A stretch of DNA of 64,000 bases from Hypanus sabinus (lineage: Eukaryota): positions 95,790,001-95,854,000 of the forward strand of contig NC_082718.1 in the NCBI RefSeq assembly GCF_030144855.1, written 5' to 3'. The notes under the pieces were generated by a model that was not told the origin of the DNA, did not search any database, and saw only the letters and a program-made list of their open reading frames with translations. The position numbers and the translations under genes were made by a program. Positions 10,243 to 22,906 of the stretch are shown here, one piece after another. The first letter of the stretch is position 1; the number at the start of each line of letters is the position of its first letter.

Positions 10243-10552
10243 TGAAATGTATTTTAAAAATCCAAGAACCAGTTGCATTATGGTTGCAAATGAATGAAAA
10301 CCGACAATGTGTACAGGAGTAGGTGATCTGTTCCAAAAATGTTGACTTGAATGTTCTGCAATAAAGCATGAATTAAAAAAAACGGAACGAAAGATGAAAG
10401 TTTTGCAGGAGCAAGCTTTCACTCATGTTTAGCTGGTCAAACACAACATCAGTTTTGAGAGAACCACCTAGAAGTGAATGTGAGATATGTACATTGTATA
10501 GGCAGAAGGAATTAATTAATTCAGTTGGTGCCGGACGGACACACGGACACAC

Positions 10553-10554
<2 letters not shown>

Positions 10555-10635
<81 letters not shown>
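10555..10635. repeat. (CA)n microsatellite, about 40 units
   Basis: Uninterrupted acacac run about 310 bp upstream of the SART3 ATG. Confidence 0.97.
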
Positions 10636-10637
<2 letters not shown>

Positions 10638-10948
10638 GACCTTACAAATATGGCGAATCTGGAAAGACGCATTTTCAGCAATGAGGTCTACTGACGTATT
10701 TCTTAACCGCTAGATTAATGTAAGCCCAGTTAAAAAAACACTCGCGTTGTAATGACTCATTTGCTAGCCTTCTTTTTTGCCTTATTTTCTTCTTCACAAT
10801 AAATACGATGTTTGGTTCACTTTCTGACGAGTTGTTTGTGTTGTCCCTGATTTTTAAGGTTTGTGTAAATTAAAGAAGGGCGTTACGGGAGGAAAGATTG
10901 TCCTGACTTGGATCGGGCGCAGCGAGCTTCGCCACCCTTGCCTGCGCG

Positions 10949-11089
10949 ATGGCGACCAGCGGGCGGCGGCGGGCGAGTGAGGCCGAGGAGATGGAGCCCG
11001 GAGCCGCGAGCGATTCGGCGGAGGAAATGGAGGACTCCTCTGACGACGAGCAGGAAAACGAAGCCGAAATCCAGCGGCTGGAGGAACAG
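10949..11089 (+). CDS. SART3: SART3 (p110/Tip110, U4/U6 recycling factor) exon 1
   Basis: MATSGRRRASEAEEM...ENEAEIQRLEEQ then gt; acidic N-terminus; CpG-rich; 141 nt. Confidence 0.92.
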
Positions 11090-12999
11090 GTGCGATTTGA
11101 GGCCGACACGGCGGGAGGGCCGGAGCTGGAGTCGGCGGGGTTTTAAATTGTCTTCCCGTCCCGCTCATTGCCTTCCCCTGAGCAGCAGGGAAATGAAGCA
11201 CGAAATATGCCTAAAACCCGGGACCCTTCCCACGAGTGACTTCCCTGAAGGGTCAGCCACTGAGCTCTAAACTTAAAGAAGATTGTTGTGGCTCAGCTAC
11301 TTTATTCACCTGCAAGAGTACCTTTCTTTGTAAGAGTAAGGCACAACTTCTCACCGCCTTTCAGGGAAATCAAGGCGATGACAGAAGATATAAAAGAGCA
11401 GAAGGAATTGTCTTAAAACACAAATAATGCCCTTGTCACGTCTTGATGCCCAGTTTAAAAAAAACACGGAACTGTAGAACTCTCTATTTCAGTGTACCCC
11501 TGATGTAATACTTTTAAGAGTTTAATAATATTGCAATGAACCTGGGATGAATCCACTTTTTATGTTAACGATAATTGGTTACGATTGAATGATGAATGTC
11601 ATCTAGTTACCTCACCCATTCTTTGAGGTCTTCTTGGTTTTCAGCAGCTGATGACTCAGGTGACAAATACAATGAAAATAGTTCTAAAAATAGTATTATA
11701 GTGGAATTTAGCAAGTTTAATTTAAGCAGGACATTAGAGACTAGTTATCAGTGCTCTTACTGCTGTGGCCATTTGCAATTAGTCCACGTTGTGTATTCAA
11801 TGAAGTTCTTCGTTGTCTAGACTTCTTGATACAAATTAAGCTGTTAAAGAGTGTTTATTTTTGATAAAATTCTATGTCAGCATTGTAGGTTATATACATT
11901 GAATACTTTTCTTGTTAATAGAGAATGCAGAGAACAGTCTAGAACTGGGGTTCATGGACCCCTTGATTAATGGCAAGGCCCCATTGCATAAAAAAAGATT
12001 GGGAAGCCTGGTCTAGAGGGAACCTGTGAACTAGAATCCAGGCAACCTTTTGCAATTAGTTCTTTACTGCCCGAAACAGAATGGATGACTTGTATTGTGC
12101 AATTTGCTTCAATTAATCAGTACAAAGTTTCCTCGCTAATGATTTGATTGCATGAAGTTGCTTAAAAGACTATCATAAAATTGAGTAAAATGTTTTGGGC
12201 ATCGGAACAGAAGTATTTAAAAAGACATTCTGGTGACAGGATTTATTTTACATACACAGGATTATTCAAATCAAATATTGCTGAGTTTTTCCATAAGGTT
12301 ATAAGATTAGAAGCAGAGTTAGGCTCTTCAGAACATCAAATCTGCTCTGCTAGTCCATCATGGCTGATTTATATGCATTTTCTGTTACTTTGTTTACTGC
12401 CAACAATTCCCTCTTTCATTTTTCCTATAATGGATTTTCTGAATACTTGGCAAAATAAGATTTTTTTTGGTAAACATGACTGCTACTAGAAAATACTTAG
12501 TATGTGCAGTGGATAGTGAAAATTGTGAACACACATCTTTGTGTCTTATCTGTTTGGCTTGAATGTAATTCTGTTGTAATATGGATTGCAATGCTTATGT
12601 ATCATAATAAATCATTTTGGTAGCAGCTTGAATAAAGAAGTCTGGACTGAAGATGAATCCATTATCATGCTTGGAGTTGAACAACTTCACTGGGATCAGT
12701 GACTTCACTAATAACTAGATATGAAAGCTTGACTTAGATAACAGTATTGCAGATTTTGTAATTTGAGACTACTTGTGCAATGAGTGTGCTGTTCAGAGGG
12801 TTGTCAACTGCAATGGCCAAGAAGGAAGCCAAATCCCCATACCCTGGGATAGTTGACTTCCTTCTTGGCCAATACCAGGTTACCACTCTACTGATTTTTG
12901 CAAGCTAGTGTAAGTAATAGCAAATATTACTTATATTTTTCTGCAGTTTTGTTTGTGGTGTTCACGAGCTGTAATTTATATATACCATTGTTAGTTGTA

Positions 13000-13350
13000 C
13001 ATTCTTCATTATGTGCCACGTCATATCACATGGGTGATCATGGTCTTGTGACCATGATTGTTCTCGACAAATTTTTCTACAGAAGTGGTTTGCCATTGCC
13101 TCCTTCTGGGCAGTGCCTTTACGAGACAGGCGACCCCAGCCATTATCAATACTCTTCAGAGATTGTCTGCCTGGCGCTATTTGCTGCATAACTAGGATTT
13201 GTGATTTGCACCGGGTTGCTTATGCAACCTGCTCTCATTGTTTCACGTGATCCAGATTTGGCGTGTGGGGGTTCTAAGCAGACGTTGCTCAAGGGTGACC
13301 TGTAGGCCTCCTTTGGTAGAAATGCATCTCCACCCCACGACCTGAGTTGT
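13000..13350 (-). mobile_element. Probable RTE-related SINE/LINE tail
   Basis: Contains 'cagaagtggtttgccattgcctccttctggg', typical of RTE-derived 3' regions. Confidence 0.4.
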
Positions 13351-13451
13351 ATATTAGACTGTAAAATAAAATTATGCACAAGTCTGTACTCATTAGGGCA
13401 CTGACTGGTATTTGGGCTTAGTGGTAATGGTGACTTGTGCTTTTTCGTCAG

Positions 13452-13578
13452 CTTTCCATCAGTGCATATGACTACAATTGTCATGTGGACTTAATTAAAT
13501 TGCTACGCCAGGAGGGTGAGCTGGAGAAATTGCAGAGTGCTCGACAGAAGATGAGTGAACTTTTTCCACTTACTGAAG
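13452..13578 (+). CDS. SART3: SART3 exon 2: LSISAYDYNCHVDLIKLLRQEGELEKLQSARQKMSELFPLTE
   Basis: ag/gt boundaries, 127 nt, start of the HAT repeats. Confidence 0.95.
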
Positions 13579-13907
13579 GTAATATGATTGCAAATGTACT
13601 GAAAGCTGAGTCTTGAGATATTTTAAAGTGGAGCAGACTTTCTTTGTAACATTTGTAAGCCAGCTTGGTTCTTAGAAGTTGTAGAAAATTAGCTTTTACA
13701 CTGTGAAGAAGTTTTAATTGTTTATCAGTAGTTCGTGATTTGTTTTTAGATTGTAGCTGTGAATCATGTTTGCTATTGTAGTTTTATTTGTTTTTACTGT
13801 TAATGTATCAATTGTCACCCTTACAATTATGAATAATTTTCTTTGGGAAGACTGTGCTTTGTTGTATTAGGAGTATTAAGAAAGTAAATAAATGTTGTTT
13901 TCTGCAG

Positions 13908-14012
13908 AGCTTTGGCTGGACTGGTTGAAAGATGAGATTCGAATGGCTGAAGAACCACATGACCGAGAGAAAATGTATGAACTGTTTGAGAGGGCCATCA
14001 AAGATTATATTT
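13908..14012 (+). CDS. SART3: SART3 exon 3: ELWLDWLKDE...LFERAIKDYI
   Basis: ag/gt boundaries, 105 nt, HAT repeat. Confidence 0.95.
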
Positions 14013-14434
14013 GTAAGTTGCTCAATTTGCTATGTTATAGTTCCATCCATGATTCTCAGGTAGGAGCCTCTCAGCATTGTGGCACAGCAGTTGGTGCTCC
14101 AGGGAACTGGCTAAAATCCTGACCTCATGCTGTCTCTGTGGAGTTTATATTTGCTCCTCATAATGGCTTGGTGTCCCCCTAGGAATTCCCAGTTTCTTCT
14201 CACCTCTCGAAGATTTGCTGATGAGTTAACTGAGTACTCCTTTAGTGTAGGGAAGAGGCAAGAAAATCAAAGGGGACCTGATGGTGAGAGAGAACAAGTT
14301 TCAGGAGTCACAGATGAAAAGGAAAGGAGACATGGGAGTAATGGGATTGTTCTGCTGGGGACCAACATGAATTTGAGAGGACAATTGCTTCCTCTGTGTC
14401 ACAGCTCTTTTTTTGAGTTAGTACTCGTCAGTAC

Positions 14435-14632
14435 GGCTGGTTGTGTAGTGACATCAGCACTAGACTGCAAGGCAGATGGTTCTGAGTTCAAACCCAGCTG
14501 GGTCCCAACCTGGGCAGCAGCAGTATCTACGCGGAAGAAAGGTCTGGCAATCTACTTCTGTGTCTTGCCATGAAAACCCAATAGTCCGTGAGGACGCAAA
14601 GAGTTGGACTCGACTTAATGACTGAACAACAA
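14435..14632 (+). mobile_element. tRNA-headed SINE with an RTE/BovB-like 3' tail
   Basis: A-box-like tggttgtgtagtg and B-box-like gagttcaaaccc; tail gtccgtgaggacgcaaagagttggactcgacttaatgactgaacaacaa. Confidence 0.6.
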
Positions 14633-15795
14633 GAGCTCATCTGTTGGCCAAACAGAAACATGCCTGAGATATGAGATATGCCTGAGTGGAGATATGAAGA
14701 GATCTTGGGGTTATTAACGTCGTGTTGAACTTAAATAAGTTCGAGCCATAGTATAGCTTTGTATTTAAGATTAATCTGCTTGAATAAACCTGAATTCAAA
14801 TCTGTGTAATTACAAACTGGGAAATGAAATGTCCATTTGGTTTAGAGCAGATAAATAATTAAATTTGATGTAATGTCCCTGTGTCGTAGTAGTTTCTTGT
14901 ATATATCTGGAGTATATAATGGGACTGTCATGTTCTCCTTTGCTCACTTTGGTACTCATTAGTTTGTCACAATGGCAGAAATGCAGCTACAGATACAGGA
15001 AATCTTCAGATAACTGAGACGAACAAGCTGTGTAAGAATCCCCAACAGAATCAGAATGAGAATCAGGTTTAGTATCACCGGCATATGTTGTGAAATTTGT
15101 TGTCTTTGCAGCAGACTTACAATGCAATACGTAATAATAGAGAAAAAAACTGTTAGTTATTTTAAGTATATATTAAAGAGTTATGTTAAGTAAGTAGTGC
15201 AAAAATAGAAATAAAGTAGTGAGGTAGTGTTCATGGGTTCAATGTTCATTCAGAAATCAGATGGCAGAGGGGAAGAAGCTGTTTCTGAGTAATTGAGTAT
15301 GTGCCTTCACGTTTCTGTAACTCCTTCCTGAAGTAATATCATGGGATATCAGTGTATGGAAGTTTAGTGCTGTCTCTACAATTCCTTTCTGCAGTGTTAA
15401 TTTGTTTCAGTTAACACTGCTGTTAAAAGCAGATGAAGCTGTTTTGAACAATTTGCTCACAATATAATTTTAGGATCTATGTAACACTGATGAGCACATT
15501 GCTTCACGATTGAATTAGCAGTGAAGAGGTTGTTGGGTCAATCACAAAGGGCCACTCTCTGTTTCATGGCAATGTTTTACTACCAATCGGAAGTTTCTTA
15601 GTCAAAAGTATGCGCTCTGTCTGAAGGAGCCATTCTACCCGTATGTAAGATAGAAGTCTGGTTACGTTTTTTAATGGAATAATTCCATGTTTGTAAACGT
15701 CTAGTCTTCACTAAGACTTGGCTATAAAAATGCATGTCCTATTCCCCGGTCTGTGTTAATGTACATTACCATTAATTAACAAATTTTAAATACAG

Positions 15796-15980
15796 GTCCT
15801 GAGATATGGCTGGAATATGCTCAATACTCCATTGGCGGGATTGGCTTGCAAGGTGGTATCGAGCGAGCTCGTGGGATATTTGATCGAGCCCTAACTGCTG
15901 TTGGATTGCATATGACAAAAGGACTAGCGATCTGGGAAGCCTTTAGAGAATTTGAAAATGCTATTTTAGGAACTTTACAG
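15796..15980 (+). CDS. SART3: SART3 exon 4: PEIWLEYAQYSIGGIG...FENAILGTLQ
   Basis: ag/gt boundaries, 185 nt. Confidence 0.95.
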
Positions 15981-16998
15981 GTAAGCAAATGTAACTCAAT
16001 GAACATATCAGGAGCTGTTTGTGTGTTATTTCTCATAGGGGTAGATGTAAACCAGTTAGCAATTACTGTAGCATATATGGGATGGTAAGCATTGGTGTTT
16101 GGTTTTAGCTTTTTTAGTCAGTTTGTGCCTGTTTAACCACATCTCCCTCCATTGTATGCGGTTGATCATAGACCCTTTTGGTGGCTGTAATATCACTCCA
16201 TCCAAGCAAAAGCAATTAATAGAAAATTATTGCTTAATTTGTGTTTTGTTATTTAGAAAGTCAGTTGAAGTTGCCCTAACTCATTTTATTCCTGATAGAG
16301 AGGATACATGAAGTCCAAGCATAAGACATGAACCCAATTTTCATGGATAAAATAGTGTTTTCTGCTTTAAGGCATTAATTCACTATTGATTTCACAATTT
16401 TTAAATTAATTGCTTCATTAATCTTATCAGTTAGGTAATTTTGTTGAATTTTCCTTTAGTGAAGAAATGGGAATAAAATTTTGTCCAGACTTGGCCAGTG
16501 TCATAAAATAGGACTTTTAAAGCAGAACTATGGATATACTGTAGTAATATTTCAGTGTGTATCCTTGTTCACAGTGCATTTCACAGTTGATGTGAACTTG
16601 GATTTAGGGTGAGCAATGTTGAAATGAGCAATGATAGATGAGTTTTGGATTGATAATTGTTACTGAGATCTAATCCAGTGGCACGTCAGCCAGTTCATTC
16701 TTGCCATTATCTGCGTAAGAGCAAGGGAATTCATGCTAAAACAGAACAGTGTTTTAGCATGATTAGTGTTTTAGGAAAGAGTATTGATTGTGGCTTTGAA
16801 GGGACCATATGTCACGGGTAGAATGAACTGTCTTCTGAATCTGTCAAATTCTGATACGTTACACCATTTTAAGTAAAATTTATTGGCATTTAAAATGTTT
16901 AAAAACGGGAATATTCTGGAATGTTCAATTAAATTCTTCATATTTAAATCCAGTAGTTGTTAGTATGAATTACATGATTTTCTTTTCCCCTCTGACAG

Positions 16999-17104
16999 CC
17001 CTTACCTGGTACCATTTTGACTTCAGAACAGCAGGAAATGATGAAAACACAACTTGACCGAGTACATACACTCTTCAAGAGGCAGTTGACTATCCCTTTG
17101 CTTG
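16999..17104 (+). CDS. SART3: SART3 exon 5: PLPGTILTSEQQEMMKTQLDRVHTLFKRQLTIPLL
   Basis: ag/gt boundaries, 106 nt, phase consistent. Confidence 0.92.
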
Positions 17105-18379
17105 GTAAAGTGCTTTTAGTTTGTGTGTGGATAAGTGTGCTTTTTTCAGAAATATTTGCATCAAGTAGAATTTGTGTAGGGTGCCTATTAGGCAGGTATG
17201 AATCTTTCATATTTAGAACAGAAATTCAATACCATACTCCCACTGTATCTTCATAACTTTATTTCTTTTGCATTTAGAAACTTATCCATCTGTTTCTTAA
17301 ATACATTTGACAACTTTTCTCATACAGACATCTGTGGAAGCAAGTTCCATAGATACACAGCTTGCTGAGTGAAGAAGTTTCTTCTCAATCTTAAATCTCC
17401 TGACACTGAGACACTGCATTCTATATCTCCCAGCCAGTGGAAGTATTATATGGTGAATCTTGATTGCATTGTTTGATAAAATAGCTTTTTTTGGGAAAGA
17501 GACCTAAACTGCAGACACTATTCCAAATGTGGTCTCACCAAGGCCCTGCATAATTACAGCAAGACATCTTTGCTCCTGAACTCAATCCATACTGTTTGCT
17601 CTACCAGTATTGCTTTTAGTGACTGAGTGCCGAAGTCAGCTTGCATACCTTCCCAACCTAGCACCATAATACAGTATGTTGCCCTTTTGTTTTGCATACT
17701 AAAGTGGATACTTACCTACTGCCTGTAACACTGCTGGTGTTTAGGGCAGCAAGGAAGGTTTTCTTTGCTATTTCCATAACATTTTTTTTACCAGCCAGGA
17801 TTGAAGAACTCTGAACCTGGAGGACCAGAGAACCGCTCTTAGTCTGGCCTCCATCCTTTGACCTGTTTGGCATGGGTGACCCTACCAAGAGTCAAAGCAC
17901 AAGGCCCTGACTCCAGCCAATATACCTCTCTGGGTCATTGAAGTTTGCCAGCTTCCACATCCTATGACAAGGTTGTGGTCCTCTTGGGGGATTAACGTGA
18001 ACAACATTGTATTTATCTATATTATTACTGCATTAGCCATGGCTCTGTCCATTTTATGCTGCTAAGTTGCGAACAGAAGAATGCATCTTTGAAACTTATC
18101 ACTCTTCAGGAGGACCTGCAAGCTCAAAAGGTCAGAATTCAGAATCAGGTTTATTATCACTGTCTTATATGACATGAAATTTATTGTTTTGCAGCATCAG
18201 TACAGTGCAAAGACATAAAATTACTATCAATTACATAATGAATATTGTGCAAATAAAGGAATAATGAGCTGATGTTCATGGGTTTGTAGACCATTGAGAT
18301 ATCTGATGATGGAGGGGCAGAAGTTGTTCCGGAATCATTGAGTGTGGTTCTTGCTGATGTTGAGTGCGAGGTTCACGTA

Positions 18380-18507
18380 CAAAGTGCTGGATCTCGGCCT
18401 GAAACGTTGACTGTACTTTTTTCCATAGATGCTGCCTGATCTGCTGGCTTCCTGCAGCATTTTGTGTGTTGTTTGGATTTCTACCATCTGCAGATTTTCT
18501 CTTGTTT
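18380..18507 (+). mobile_element. Penelope pLTR fragment nested in a Rex1-like LINE tail (about 18135-19010)
   Basis: tctcggcctGAAACGTTGACTgtac...gatgctgcctga...cagcattttgtgtgttg; the 5' hammerhead core is missing. Confidence 0.6.
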
Positions 18508-19753
18508 GTGTGTTGAGCGTGAGGTTGTTGTGGCAACACCACTCAACAGCTGATGTGTCTCACTGCTGCCTGACTCCTTGTTGCCATCTGAGATTCTACC
18601 AATGGCAGTGCGAATTTATAGATGCCACTTGAGCTGTGCTTAGTCACATGGTCATGAGTGTGGAGTGAGTAGAATTGTGGGCTATGCACACCTCCTTGAT
18701 TTGCTCCTGTGTTGATTGTCATGAAGATGAGATATCAGCGATCCTAACTGTGCTCTCTTGATGAGGAAGCCAAGGATCCAGTTGCAGAGGGAGATACAGA
18801 AGCCCAGGTTTGAAGCTTGGCAATTAACATTGAGGGGATGTTAGTACTGAATGTCAAGCTTTAATCAATAAACAGCAATCTGATATGTGTTTTGCTATTG
18901 TCTAGATGCTCCAAAAGAGAATGGAGAGCCAGTGAGATTGCTTTCATTGTAGACCTGTAGAATTGAAGGCAGCTGTGAGCTAACTGCTTCACAATGCCAT
19001 CCTTAAAAAATAGAAGATAAGAAAAGAGGATTCTGTTTTCAGAATGCAATGTGAAACATGTGTAAGTGCAGTCTCCCTAATATTTTATGTTCAAGTTGAT
19101 CAGCCTTTATTAGAAGGTACAAAAACAACCTTGTGCTATTAGCCCACCTTTCATGAATGGCATAATCAGTATGCCCGCCCCCCCCAATTCTCCTGGAATG
19201 AGCTGTATTTGCTTAAACTAAAGCACCTGCAATCTAGGCCAGAGATTTCTGCATGATGTCTACCATTCCATGAAGACTACCAGGTATTGAAACTTCAGTA
19301 CAATCCAGCCCTGGCCACTTGTATTTTGTTCTGCTCTCCTAATAAAGTAATCATTTTACTACAGCTCTGTAAAGAACTACAGTGTAATGCTGAAGTGTTC
19401 TCAGTGCATCTGGCTGAGTCTTAGATTGTTGTGCTTTAATAACAGGAGGTTCAGTAAAATGCAAATTAGTTTCCCAAATGAATACATATTGATTGTTTTA
19501 TTAAATCAGAGGCAGAAAGCACAAGAAGGTGATTCAGTTTGTTGTGCCTGTGCTGGCTCTTCAGAAGGGAATTCGGCTTAGTTCCATCGCTCATCTCACT
19601 ATGTGCCACAAATTTATTTTAACCTTTAAGTACTTTTAATGTTATTTTTGGAGCTTTAACATTTTTGCAAAAAGAGCATTTTAGATTTTGCTGTTAAGTG
19701 TAGCTGTATTTATTTCACCCATGCTTATTGCTGGTTATCTATGTTCTGAATAG

Positions 19754-19878
19754 ACATGGAATCCACATATGCTGAATACGAGACATGGGCTGACGAGGTA
19801 CCTAGTGAATCAGTGATACAATCATACAAGAAGGCCTTGGAGCAAATGGAAAAGCGCAAACCCTTTGAAGAAGCTTTG
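19754..19878 (+). CDS. SART3: SART3 exon 6: MESTYAEYETWADE...KPFEEAL
   Basis: ag/gt boundaries, 125 nt. Confidence 0.95.
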
Positions 19879-20227
19879 GTATGAATTAATCCTGAGTTAG
19901 TTTTGCTTTAAAGTTCTGTAATGTAAAACTGTGTTCAAAAATGTATTATAAAAGAAATTTTGTTTTGAGATGTGATAGAAAATAATCTAACTAAAGAAAC
20001 TTGCATTGGATGGAACTTAGAGCCGCTGAACATCTGCTGAAGGTTCACATCTTTCTAACATAATGGTGGCACTCCATTTACAATATTTGATTGGGAGAAC
20101 ATTCGACTACCAATTTTATTTCACTGTGGCTGGCAAGGTTCTTGTGCTGCTTTTGACATGCATTAGAAAGGATCTCAATCCACTTTCTCCTTCTGAGGAG
20201 AACAAATAAAATGGAAAAACTCAATCT

Positions 20228-20350
20228 GTCAAGCAGCTTTTGCTGAAAGAGAAAAAGTTAACAATTCCGGTCAGGGACTCTTTTGTCAGAACTGTTCTGA
20301 GGAAGGGTCCTTGACCCAGTTAAGTGTTTTCTCTTACAGTGCTGCTTGAC
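20228..20350. repeat. Palindromic head-to-head pair of decayed Penelope pLTRs
   Basis: gtcaagcagc...ggtcagggactcttttgtcagaac | tgttctgaggaagggtccttgacc...gctgcttgac. Confidence 0.55.
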
Positions 20351-22399
20351 TGGGTAAGATCTGCTGCCATTTCTGTTTTCTGTTTCTGATAAGAACTTTG
20401 CAATTCCCATAATTATAATGTCCAAAGTTTCTTTGATTTGGGAGCTGTTCTTTTAGGTTAGGACATTGTGAATGTCACTTCTTTTAATAAAGATGAATGA
20501 GGTGGACAATAATCCCAATATTACTGGTGTATGTAATTAAGGATCAAGTGAATGAACAGATATTTTTCAGCTGATCAGTGAATCTAGCATCAATTTATTG
20601 CTGACAGATTTAATTTTCTGAAGAAGCATCCAAATTAGTTGGCAGAAGCATGCTTATGATGTTAATTGTGTGAACTTCTAGAAGGCATTTGATAAATTCC
20701 CTTACAAGAGATTATAAAGCTAAAGATCGTATAATTGAGAGAAAAAAATTGTGGCTGGTTCAGAACTTGGCAGAATGCCAGGAGGAATGATGGGCATGTA
20801 GTCAGATTGGTAAGGTTAGGGCCAAGGTCTCTGGAAGGGTTATTGATCAACAATTCCTTCGTGTATCTCATTCATCTTTATTAGAAGAAGTGACATCCAC
20901 AATGTCCTAATGTAAAAGAATGGCTCCCAAATCAAAGAAGCTTTGGGAAATTATAGTTATTTATAATAATCAGAGTATATACTGAGGTGAAGAGATGGAA
21001 AATTGTATAGATGTCTAATTTTGGTGATTACATAAAGATAGGTAGCATTTTAAGTGATGTACTTGGAAGGAATCAATTGGAGCAAGTGTAATGGAAAAAA
21101 TGGTGGTAACTGGATTTTAATGTATAGAGATGCAAACTTACATAAAAGGGACAAAACTCAGTATCTTCTAAATACTGCAAAGCTTTAAGCAATGCAGCAA
21201 ATTGGCAATTGAGGGGGTGGGCTAGGAAAGGAGAAGAGACAGAGGTGGGGGTGGGTATCTGTCCATCGATTATTTTCTGGAGCTGACTGATACATTTGTT
21301 AATCAAGAAGGCCTTTTAATCTGAAGTGAGTGCAGTGGGAGCGACTATAAGTTATACTACAGCTGTGCAAATTCCTGTTTGGAAAACACCTGGAGAAGTG
21401 TTGAGCAGTTCTAGCCACCTCACCGTACAAAGGGTGATTTGAAGGGAGTGCAGCATGAGTTTACCTGAATGCAACCTGGATCCTAAGTGTTAAATTATGA
21501 CACAAACCAGTATTTATTCCCTGAAATTTAGATAGATTGAAGTTTCCCAAACTTTAAAGTGAACTATAAAGTAGTAGCAATTTTTTACTGATTGGGAATC
21601 TTGCACTAAAGAGTATTATCTGAAAATCAGAACTAAGCCTCTTGGGAGTGGAAGAAATTTTTAATGCTCTTCCACAGATAGCAATTGCTGCCTGATTGAC
21701 TATGAATTTGAAACCTAAACTTGAGGTACAGATAACCAAATGGGAAAATTGCTATTGGATTATAAGTCGGACATAATCTTAATGGATCGTGTCAGGAGAG
21801 TAGTAGACTAACTTCAATTTGTTGTATTTGAGGGATTGGTTTCGTTTACATATTAAATATGTGAATATTAGATATTCAGTAAGGTAAATCATCTTGTGTG
21901 TTGCTATTTCTCAGGCGTACAATTCCTGAATGTTTCCCATCTTAGTGACATTTTGCAGAGGTACTCTTTGCATTCGGAAATGAAGACAAATATATCGAAA
22001 GTGGATTTATGCATCTCTGAAGGCTGTTTAGATTAGCCTGTGATAATTGTAATATTGAGTTACTTCCCCATTTTCATTTTGCATTTGGAGTTGAGATGCA
22101 ATTACCTGGTTCATTCTGTATTTCTGGGAATTTAGAAACACAGCTGAACTTGATTTTTTTTATTGTTCCCATTGCACTCATTTGATTTTCTGTTTCAATA
22201 TGCAAGTTGATTTTCTGGTACTTTTATTTCCAGATGATATAGATTTCCTTTGACAATACTGGTGTGAAATGATTCATAATTTGAGAAATGAAACGATGTG
22301 TATATTAACATGATTACTGCTGGCGTGTAAATGAGCACTGACAGATTGGTTGTACTGTATTCAAATACATCTTGCTTTTGAAACAATTAGAATTATAAA

Positions 22400-22690
22400 T
22401 AAAGACCGAGAACACTGGAAACACTCACCAGGCCAGGCTGTTTCTGTGGAAGAGAAACGGAGTTAACCTTCAGTTTGAAGAGCCTGTGGAGGGGAGTGGG
22501 ATGGAGAATCTGGAAGCTCAGACTTATCCCTGCAGACTTAATGGAGGTGCTTCGCAAAGCATTCGCTCCATCTGCATGTGCCATGTCAAGTGTAGAGGAG
22601 ACCACATTATAACAGCCAAACGCCGTACACTTGATTGAAAGAAGCGCAAGTAAATTGCTACTTCACCTGGAAGTACTGTTGAGAAGGGAA
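22400..22690 (-). mobile_element. Degenerate Penelope pLTR plus GIY-YIG fragment
   Basis: Resembles the reverse complement of about 9030-9210 (…ttcacctggaag) and a pLTR (aacactggaaacactcaccaggccaggc). Confidence 0.5.
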
Positions 22691-22750
22691 GAGCTCAAAG
22701 GAAATTAGGATATCATATTTTCCAAATAACATTTGCTTGTTCTTTTGCAG

Positions 22751-22906
22751 TTGGTAGCAGATCCTCCAAAACTGGCAGAGTTTCAGGCTTACATTGACTT
22801 TGAGATGAAGGAGGGAGACCCAGCAAGGATTCAGATCACCTTTGAACGGGCACTGTCTGAGAACTGTTTAGTGCCAGATCTTTGGGCACGCTACACTCAG
22901 TACTTG
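22751..22906 (+). CDS. SART3: SART3 exon 7: LVADPPKLAEFQAYIDFEMKEGDPARIQITFERALSENCLVPDLWARYTQYL
   Basis: ag/gt boundaries, 156 nt. Confidence 0.96.

Noticed and set aside
7776-10422. Pairs of near-identical ORFs (7776-8189+ with 10021-10422-; 7727-7972- with 9406-9945+) suggesting duplicated genes
   Set aside because: They are translations of the inverted duplication and the pLTRs, not genes.
10373-10713. His-Thr and Cys-Val repeat ORFs
   Set aside because: Translations of the (CA)n microsatellite.
14435-14505. tRNA gene
   Set aside because: Only degenerate A and B boxes, continuing into a SINE body; no complete cloverleaf.
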